The notes under the pieces: model-generated
Database searches by the model: none
Seen by the model: only the letters and a program-made list of their open reading frames with translations
What the model was told of the DNA's origin: nothing
Made by a program: the position numbers and the translations under genes
Shown here: in pieces, positions 58,280 to 64,000 of the stretch
How positions within the stretch are numbered: the stretch's first letter is position 1
How the letters are laid out: the number at the start of each line of letters is the position of its first letter
Origin: an uncultured Steroidobacteraceae bacterium
GTDB taxonomy: Bacteria; Pseudomonadota; Gammaproteobacteria; Steroidobacterales; Steroidobacteraceae
DNA: 64,000 bases
Direction of reading: 5' to 3'
NCBI GenBank assembly: GCA_964658805.1
Contig: CAZZZU010000003.1
Location: 5,482-69,481, forward strand

Positions 58280-61200
58280 ATGTTTTTGAAAAAGCTCAAC
58301 GGGAAAGCGGCGCGCCTGTGTGCGCCGGCGATTTTTGCCCTGACACTCGCTGCGACCGGGTTCTCTCTCGAGGCTGAGGCGCAGGAAAAGCCCAAGGCAT
58401 CCGCGGAACCCGAAGATTTGCAGGAAGTGGTGGTCACGGGCTCGCGCATCGCGCGTCCCGACCTCGACCGTCTCGAGCCGACCACGACCATCGATTCCAA
58501 GACTTTCGACACTCGTGGCTATTTGGATGTAGGCCAGGCGCTCGCGGAGACGCCTGGCTTCGGTGTCTCGCCATCGAGTGCCCAGAACACGCAGGCGGGC
58601 TTCGGTATCGCGCAAAGCTTCGTCGATTTGTATGGCCTCGGATCTCAGCGCACCTTGACGCTGATCGATGGCCGGCGCTTCGTCTCTTCCAGCACCGCAA
58701 GCTTGAACAACGCGGCGGCTTCCAACAGCCCGGTCGGCAGCCAGGGCAGCCAGGTGGATCTCAACGTCATACCGACCAAGCTGATCGATCACGTTGAGAC
58801 CATCAAGGTGGGCGGCGCGCCTATCTATGGCGCGGACGCGGTCGCCGGCACGGTCAACATCATTCTCAAGAAGGATTTCCAAGGCCTCGACATGGACGCG
58901 CAGGTGGGCGCATCCGGTAAAGGCGACGCCTGGCAGTATCGCGGCCGCATCCTCGCAGGCACAAATTTTCTCGACGACCGTGGCAACGTCACCGTTGTGG
59001 CCGAGTTTACCAAGACGGACGGCTTGGTGGGTACGGCACGCCCCAACTACGCTCAAGATCTGCAATTCCTGACACCGGCGACAAAGGGTCCGTATTCGGC
59101 CGTGCTGACGCCGGCCGGCACCGTCACGGGCATCAATACCTCCGGTATCCCGTACGTCGACGATGGCGTCTTCCTGCCGGCCTATCCAGCCACCGGCGCC
59201 GGTGCGGTCGCCGTCAACAACGCCGCCGGTGAACCGCTCGCGTGGCACCCGGGCAGCAGCTCCTTGGCGCCCTACAATGTTGGCACGCTCACCGGCAATC
59301 CTGTGTTCGGCAGCGGCGGCGACGGCCTGCGTCTTTCGCAGGTCAGCAATCTGTTGTCGCCCACCGAACGCATCAACATCGACTCGCTGCAGAACTTCAA
59401 GATCAACGACAACGTGGCGCTGTTCGGTGAAGGCTGGTTCTCCGAGACGCATGCCACCAATCTGATCTCGCAGCCGGCCTACAACACATCGTTGTTTGGT
59501 ACCGCGGGTACGGCCAACGGCGATTTCATCGTCAACATCAACAACCCCTATCTGCAGCCGGGCGATCGCGCGCTGATTCAAAACGCCCTGACCAATTACG
59601 CCGCCGCCGTGGCGGCCGGCAATGGTTATGGCGCGAATGGCGGGTTCGTCGATCCGAACTGGAATCCGAATCAGTTCTATGTGGGTCGTGCCAACGAGGA
59701 TCTGCAAAGTGGACGCGCCACGGCGACGCAGGTGTTGGCGCGCGGCGTGTTGGGCGTAAAGGGCAATTTCGAGTTGGGCACCTACAAATACAACTGGGAA
59801 GTCGCCGGCAACTACGGCACGTCCAGCAATACGCAGGTCACGCCTTCGTACGTGTTTCAGAACGTGCAAAACGCGTTGAATGCGACGACGAACGCTGCCG
59901 GGCAGATCGTCTGCGCCGGAACGCCGGTGAATGCGCCCACCTCGACACAATCAAGCACCTGCGCGCCGTTGAACATCTTCGGTCAGGGGTCGCCTAGCCG
60001 CGCAGCGGTGGACTACATCACGCATCTTGCGACCGTGCAGTCATACAACACGCAGCGCGACTTCACCGCCAACCTGAACGGCGATGTGTTGCATCTGCCG
60101 AGCGGCGACTGGAAAGCTTCGATCGGCTTCGAGAACCGGCGCGAATCGGCCGAGTTCAGCCCGGACAACTTCTATCTGCAGAATCTGGGTCAGGCACAGG
60201 TGAGCGCGGTATCGGGCGCCTACCACACAAACGAAGTGTCGCTCGAAACCGTCCTGCCGTTGATCGGCAAGGAATGGCAGTGGCCGGGGTTGTATCGCCT
60301 CGAGTATCAAGGGGCGGTGCGCCGGGTCGACAACTCGGTGACCGGCAATGCGACCACCTACACGAACGGCCTGATCTTTTATCCGGTGCAAGACGTTCAG
60401 TTCCGTATCAACAAGACCAAGTCGATTCGCGCGCCGTCGATCACGGAGTTGTTTCTGCCGGCCGCGACCCAATTCTCGTTCGCGAACGATCCCTGCGATC
60501 ACAACTTCGTCGGTCAGGGGACCGCGCCGGCAACGCGTGCCGCGAACTGCCGCGCGGCGGGTATCGATCCGACCACGTTCACATCCAACGTGGTGAATGC
60601 GACCGCCACCGGCGTCACGTCGGGCAACCAGGGATTGGCGAGCGAAACGGCAAATTCGAAGAGTTTCGGCGTGGTGCTGCGGCCGCGTTGGGTGCCGAAA
60701 CTGAGCCTGTCGGTGGACTACATCGACATCAACATCGCGAGTGCAATCGAAACGCTGTCGCTGACCAACGTGCTCGATGCCTGCTACGACTCCGCGAATT
60801 ACCCAACCAATCCCTCGTGCGCTTCGTTCACCCGCAACACCGCGGGGCAGATCACGGATTTTCATGTGGGCTATGTCAATGCCGGCGAGTTGCACTTCAC
60901 CGGCATCGAGTCGGAGTTGCAATACACGCAGGACCTGCCGTGGGCCCTCGGCACTCTGTCGACGCGCCTCAATTGGCTGGACACCCAGCGGCTGCAATCA
61001 CAGATCGGGTCGGCCAGCGCACAGAGTTTTGCGGGCGAACTCGCCGATGTGGGCAACGTCAAGCGCAAGGGCGGAATCGATCTGGCGTATGGCTACCAGG
61101 ATTTCTCTTGGGACTGGTACGCCCAATACATTGGCCGTGCCAACTTCAACAATCAAAACACCGCCACGTCGCAGGATGTCTTCGGCGTCGGCGCGTGGTG

Positions 61201-61396
61201 GTTGTTCAACACGACGGTGTCGTACAACGTCAACCGGCACGTCGCGGCCCGCTTCATCGTCAATAACGTGTTCGACAAACAACCGCCCTATCCGGCGCTC
61301 GCCGGTACCGGCGGTAATTTCGTGAATTCGGCGACCTTGTACTTCTCGGGCATTCTCGGCCGTTCGATGGTCGCGGCCGTCGATGTCAAGTTTTGA
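58280..61396 (+). CDS. TonB-dependent receptor
   Basis: GGAGGG Shine-Dalgarno, signal peptide, plug start LQEVVVTGSRI, about 1000-aa barrel ending in a C-terminal Phe (AAVDVKF). Confidence 0.92.
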   Translation: MFLKKLNGKAARLCAPAIFALTLAATGFSLEAEAQEKPKASAEPEDLQEVVVTGSRIARPDLDRLEPTTTIDSKTFDTRGYLDVGQALAETPGFGVSPSSAQNTQAGFGIAQSFVDLYGLGSQRTLTLIDGRRFVSSSTASLNNAAASNSPVGSQGSQVDLNVIPTKLIDHVETIKVGGAPIYGADAVAGTVNIILKKDFQGLDMDAQVGASGKGDAWQYRGRILAGTNFLDDRGNVTVVAEFTKTDGLVGTARPNYAQDLQFLTPATKGPYSAVLTPAGTVTGINTSGIPYVDDGVFLPAYPATGAGAVAVNNAAGEPLAWHPGSSSLAPYNVGTLTGNPVFGSGGDGLRLSQVSNLLSPTERINIDSLQNFKINDNVALFGEGWFSETHATNLISQPAYNTSLFGTAGTANGDFIVNINNPYLQPGDRALIQNALTNYAAAVAAGNGYGANGGFVDPNWNPNQFYVGRANEDLQSGRATATQVLARGVLGVKGNFELGTYKYNWEVAGNYGTSSNTQVTPSYVFQNVQNALNATTNAAGQIVCAGTPVNAPTSTQSSTCAPLNIFGQGSPSRAAVDYITHLATVQSYNTQRDFTANLNGDVLHLPSGDWKASIGFENRRESAEFSPDNFYLQNLGQAQVSAVSGAYHTNEVSLETVLPLIGKEWQWPGLYRLEYQGAVRRVDNSVTGNATTYTNGLIFYPVQDVQFRINKTKSIRAPSITELFLPAATQFSFANDPCDHNFVGQGTAPATRAANCRAAGIDPTTFTSNVVNATATGVTSGNQGLASETANSKSFGVVLRPRWVPKLSLSVDYIDINIASAIETLSLTNVLDACYDSANYPTNPSCASFTRNTAGQITDFHVGYVNAGELHFTGIESELQYTQDLPWALGTLSTRLNWLDTQRLQSQIGSASAQSFAGELADVGNVKRKGGIDLAYGYQDFSWDWYAQYIGRANFNNQNTATSQDVFGVGAWWLFNTTVSYNVNRHVAARFIVNNVFDKQPPYPALAGTGGNFVNSATLYFSGILGRSMVAAVDVKF

Positions 61397-61669
61397 CACC
61401 TCGGCCAATGACGAGTTGTACCGTGGATGTCCACAGGCGCTGGTCGCTATGTTAGCGGTCGCAATCGCTATGTAGGCTACTTGACCGAAACGGCGCGCGG
61501 GCGAGTACGAAGCGCAACGCGGGACCGCCGATAGCAAGCCCCAATTCGGCTTCGCGTTCTTGCATCGCGGTGGCGTGATCCGCAGGACAAACGTGTGCAG
61601 TCGTTCACGCCGTTCAAGACGTGACGCCGTCCTGCCGGTAGAATGGCAGCGCGCACGCCAGGGGAATTC

Positions 61670-63553
61670 ATGTTCCGTTATTTCGAGAAGATGGTTGCAC
61701 CGTTTCCTGACGGCGACGTGCCGCCGATGCCGCGGACCTTTTGGCCTTTCATGTGGGCCTGCGCCACAGGCGTCAGGCCCTACATTGCTGCGATGACGGT
61801 GTTCACGGCCGGCATCGGTGTGTTCGAGGCCTTGCTGTTCAGCATGCTCGGTCACGTGGTCGATTGGATCGCGAAAGTCGAACCCTCAAAACTGTGGATC
61901 GAGCAGCGTCACAACCTGCTGCTGCTCGTGGCGATCCTGCTCGGCAGCACCTTGCTGATCGCGCTGCAGAGCCTCATCAAGCAGCAGGCGCTCGCCGCGA
62001 ATTTCGCCATGCGGTTACGGTGGAATTTCCACCGCAACATGCTGGCGCAAAGTTTCAGCTTTTATCAGGACGAATTCGCGGGTCGCGTGGCGGCCAAGGT
62101 AATGCAAACTGCGCTGGCCGTGCGCGATACCTGGATGATCCTCGCCGACATGCTGGTGTTCGTCATCATCTATTTTACGACCATCGTGCTCGTGGTCGGC
62201 GGTCTCGACCTGTGGCTGCTGGTGCCGTTTCTGGGATGGTTGGTCGCCTACGCGGCAGCGATCTGTTACTACGTGCCGCGCTTGAGCACGTCAGCCAAGG
62301 CGCAGGCGGATGCCCGATCGCTCATGACGGGACGCATCACCGATGCGTATACCAACATTGCGACCGTCAAACTGTTCTCGCATACGCAGCGCGAATCCGG
62401 CTACGTACGCAGCGCGATGGCGGAATTTTTGGCGGTGGTGGTGCGTCAGATGCGGCTGGTCACCGGCTTTGAAATCGTCAATCACGTGCTCAGCATGCTG
62501 CTGATCGGATCGGCGAGCGGCGTCACGCTGTATCTGTGGACCCGTGGCCAGGTCGGCGTGGGCGCCGTTGCGGCGGCCACTGCCATGGCGCTGCGTCTCA
62601 ATGGGATCTCGCACTGGGTGATGTGGGAGATGGCGTCGTTGTTCGAGCAGATCGGCACCGTCCAAGATGGCTTGAATACGCTCTCGCGCCGGCCGACCGT
62701 GGTCGACATCGCGGATGCCAAGCCGCTGCAGGTGAGCCAGGGGGAGATTCGTTTCGAGAACGTGAACTTTTCGTATGCAGCAGCCGACGAGAATCAGCGC
62801 GTCATCGAACATCTGACTTTGCATGTACGGTCCGGCGAGAAAATCGGTCTGGTGGGGCGCTCCGGTGCGGGCAAGAGTACGGTGGTCAACCTGCTGCTCC
62901 GTTTCTACGACATCGCGCAGGGCCGCGTGCTGATCGACGGCCAGGACATCGCCCGGGTGACGCAGGACAGTCTGCGCGGCGCCATCGGCATGGTGACGCA
63001 AGACACATCGCTCCTGCACCGCTCGGTACGCGACAACATTCTGTATGGCCGGCCGGATGCCACCGAGGCGGACATGATCGCAGCAGCGAAGCGCGCCGAA
63101 GCGCATGACTTCATCGGCATGCTGACAGATCCGAACGGGCGCCGCGGCTACGATGCACACGTCGGTGAGCGTGGCGTCAAACTCAGCGGCGGTCAGCGAC
63201 AGCGCGTCGCCATTGCCCGTGTCATGTTGAAAGATGCGCCGATACTGCTTCTCGATGAAGCAACCAGCGCGCTCGACAGCGAGGTGGAATCAGTCATCCA
63301 GGAGAGCTTGTACCGGCTGATGGAAGGCAAGACGGTGATAGCCATTGCGCATCGGCTCTCGACGATCGCGGCGATGGATCGACTCATCGTGCTCGATCAG
63401 GGCAGCATCGTCGAGCAGGGCGATCATTATTCGCTGCTGGCGCAAAAAGGCTTGTATGCGCGATTGTGGGCGCATCAAAGCGGCGGTTTTCTGGGCGAAG
63501 AAGCTGACGCATTCGAGCCGCGCACGGCGCGTGTGACTGCGGCGTCACTCTGA
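61670..63553 (+). CDS. ABC transporter, fused permease/ATP-binding (exporter type)
   Basis: Six N-terminal TM segments. Walker A GRSGAGKST, signature LSGGQRQR, Walker B ILLLDEA. ATG 61670 (MFRYFEKM). Confidence 0.9.
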   Translation: MFRYFEKMVAPFPDGDVPPMPRTFWPFMWACATGVRPYIAAMTVFTAGIGVFEALLFSMLGHVVDWIAKVEPSKLWIEQRHNLLLLVAILLGSTLLIALQSLIKQQALAANFAMRLRWNFHRNMLAQSFSFYQDEFAGRVAAKVMQTALAVRDTWMILADMLVFVIIYFTTIVLVVGGLDLWLLVPFLGWLVAYAAAICYYVPRLSTSAKAQADARSLMTGRITDAYTNIATVKLFSHTQRESGYVRSAMAEFLAVVVRQMRLVTGFEIVNHVLSMLLIGSASGVTLYLWTRGQVGVGAVAAATAMALRLNGISHWVMWEMASLFEQIGTVQDGLNTLSRRPTVVDIADAKPLQVSQGEIRFENVNFSYAAADENQRVIEHLTLHVRSGEKIGLVGRSGAGKSTVVNLLLRFYDIAQGRVLIDGQDIARVTQDSLRGAIGMVTQDTSLLHRSVRDNILYGRPDATEADMIAAAKRAEAHDFIGMLTDPNGRRGYDAHVGERGVKLSGGQRQRVAIARVMLKDAPILLLDEATSALDSEVESVIQESLYRLMEGKTVIAIAHRLSTIAAMDRLIVLDQGSIVEQGDHYSLLAQKGLYARLWAHQSGGFLGEEADAFEPRTARVTAASL

Positions 63554-64000
63554 TACCGGCGGCGGCACCGGCTTGCGGCCGTAACGGTAGGTAATCGATG
63601 CCCTTCCCAGCGCATTCGCATCAATGGTCGAGATGATCGTTCCTGCAGTCGCCTCGGCGGGCACGACGATCCTCGGGACTTTCAGGGCATAGACCGTCAT
63701 CACATAAGCATGTGGCTCGTCCGACGGCGGCGGGCAGGAGCCGCTGTAGCCTGATGCCCGAAAACCATTCTTGATCTGTTCGGCGCCGGGCGGTAGCTTC
63801 GAGCCGTCTTCGCTGCCGGCATCGCGCTGCAGGGAGGTCGTGGTGGCCGGAATGTTGAGTACCAGCCAGTGCCAGAAACCGCGCCCGCGCATGGCGTCGG
63901 GATCGAAAAAGGCGACCACGAAGCTCTGTGTCCCGCCCGGCGCATCCGACCATGACAGGGCGGGAGAAACGTTGCCGCCCGCGCAGCCAAATGCATTGAA
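63545..64000 (-). CDS. YbhB/YbcL-family (PEBP / Raf-kinase-inhibitor-like) protein, 5' end outside window
   Basis: Frame is open to nt 64000 (FNAFGCAGGNVSPALSWSDAPGGTQSFVVAFFDPDA...). The listed start is an internal GTG. Motifs DPDAMRGRGFWHW and GYSGSCPP. 3' end overlaps the ABC gene by 9 nt. Confidence 0.82.
   Translation of the reverse strand, partial: FNAFGCAGGNVSPALSWSDAPGGTQSFVVAFFDPDAMRGRGFWHWLVLNIPATTTSLQRDAGSEDGSKLPPGAEQIKNGFRASGYSGSCPPPSDEPHAYVMTVYALKVPRIVVPAEATAGTIISTIDANALGRASITYRYGRKPVPPPVSE

Noticed and set aside
58154-59950. 598-aa minus-strand ORF, along with 60041-60997 (minus) and 60274-61266 (plus, alternate frame), all overlapping the TonB-dependent receptor gene.
   Set aside because: These are antisense or alternate-frame shadow ORFs, typical of high-GC DNA. 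Their composition is Arg/Gly/Ala/Asp-rich and low in complexity, with no motifs. The plus-strand receptor frame at 58280-61396 has a signal peptide, plug, barrel and terminal Phe.
61444-61476. 9-nt direct repeat TCGCTATGT at 21-nt spacing, plus GGTCGC repeats, in the TBDR/ABC spacer.
   Set aside because: The repeat is too short to distinguish from chance without a genome-wide motif count. No associated palindrome or promoter geometry is present.

Overview
High-GC proteobacterial chromosome segment. The gene order (uvrC-pgsA-tRNA-Gly/Cys/Leu, purB...mnmA, pqiABC, a large TonB-dependent receptor) suggests a Gammaproteobacterium, possibly Xanthomonadales/Nevskiales-like; the taxon is inference only. 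I place about 55 CDS and 3 tRNAs. I see no rRNA, no CRISPR array and no intact integrase or transposase.

Most of the window is core metabolism and maintenance: ygiQ (partial), thrABC plus a coupled NERD protein, tatD, a YgjP-like peptidase, kynA, a class I DAHP synthase, msrPQ, a HAD hydrolase, panE, an M16 peptidase pair, acnA, mnmA, purB, fumC, nudL-mazG-hrpA, an ALDH7-like dehydrogenase, a class II DAHP synthase, udg-uvrC-pgsA, pqiABC, a secreted amidase/hydrolase pair, a TonB-dependent receptor, an ABC exporter and a PEBP protein (partial).

The stand-out is a 14.7-kb accessory island (37024-51718) wedged between tRNA-Cys and tRNA-Leu of an otherwise conserved tRNA array.
- It encodes the complete 2-aminoethylphosphonate (AEP) pathway: PEP mutase fused to a nucleotidyltransferase, phosphonopyruvate decarboxylase and AEP transaminase.
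- These are translationally coupled to a CDP-alcohol phosphotransferase, a second nucleotidyltransferase, a 2OG-Fe(II) oxygenase, an MprF-TM-like flippase-type protein and an Omp85-type barrel.
- A divergent MMPL lipid pump, an LpxD paralog, a small outer-membrane barrel, a Rieske oxygenase and a minimal class III cyclase complete the island.
- I read this as a candidate, uncharacterised system that synthesises and exports a phosphonolipid or phosphonate-decorated envelope lipid.

Other items worth a second look:
- a decayed PIN toxin gene between tRNA-Gly and tRNA-Cys;
- a promoter-to-terminator ~275-nt non-coding unit just upstream of udg-uvrC-pgsA;
- two DAHP synthase classes;
- several unusual gene overlaps.

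All calls come from manual reading of the ORF translations, motifs and nucleotide sequence. No database search or computation was run.
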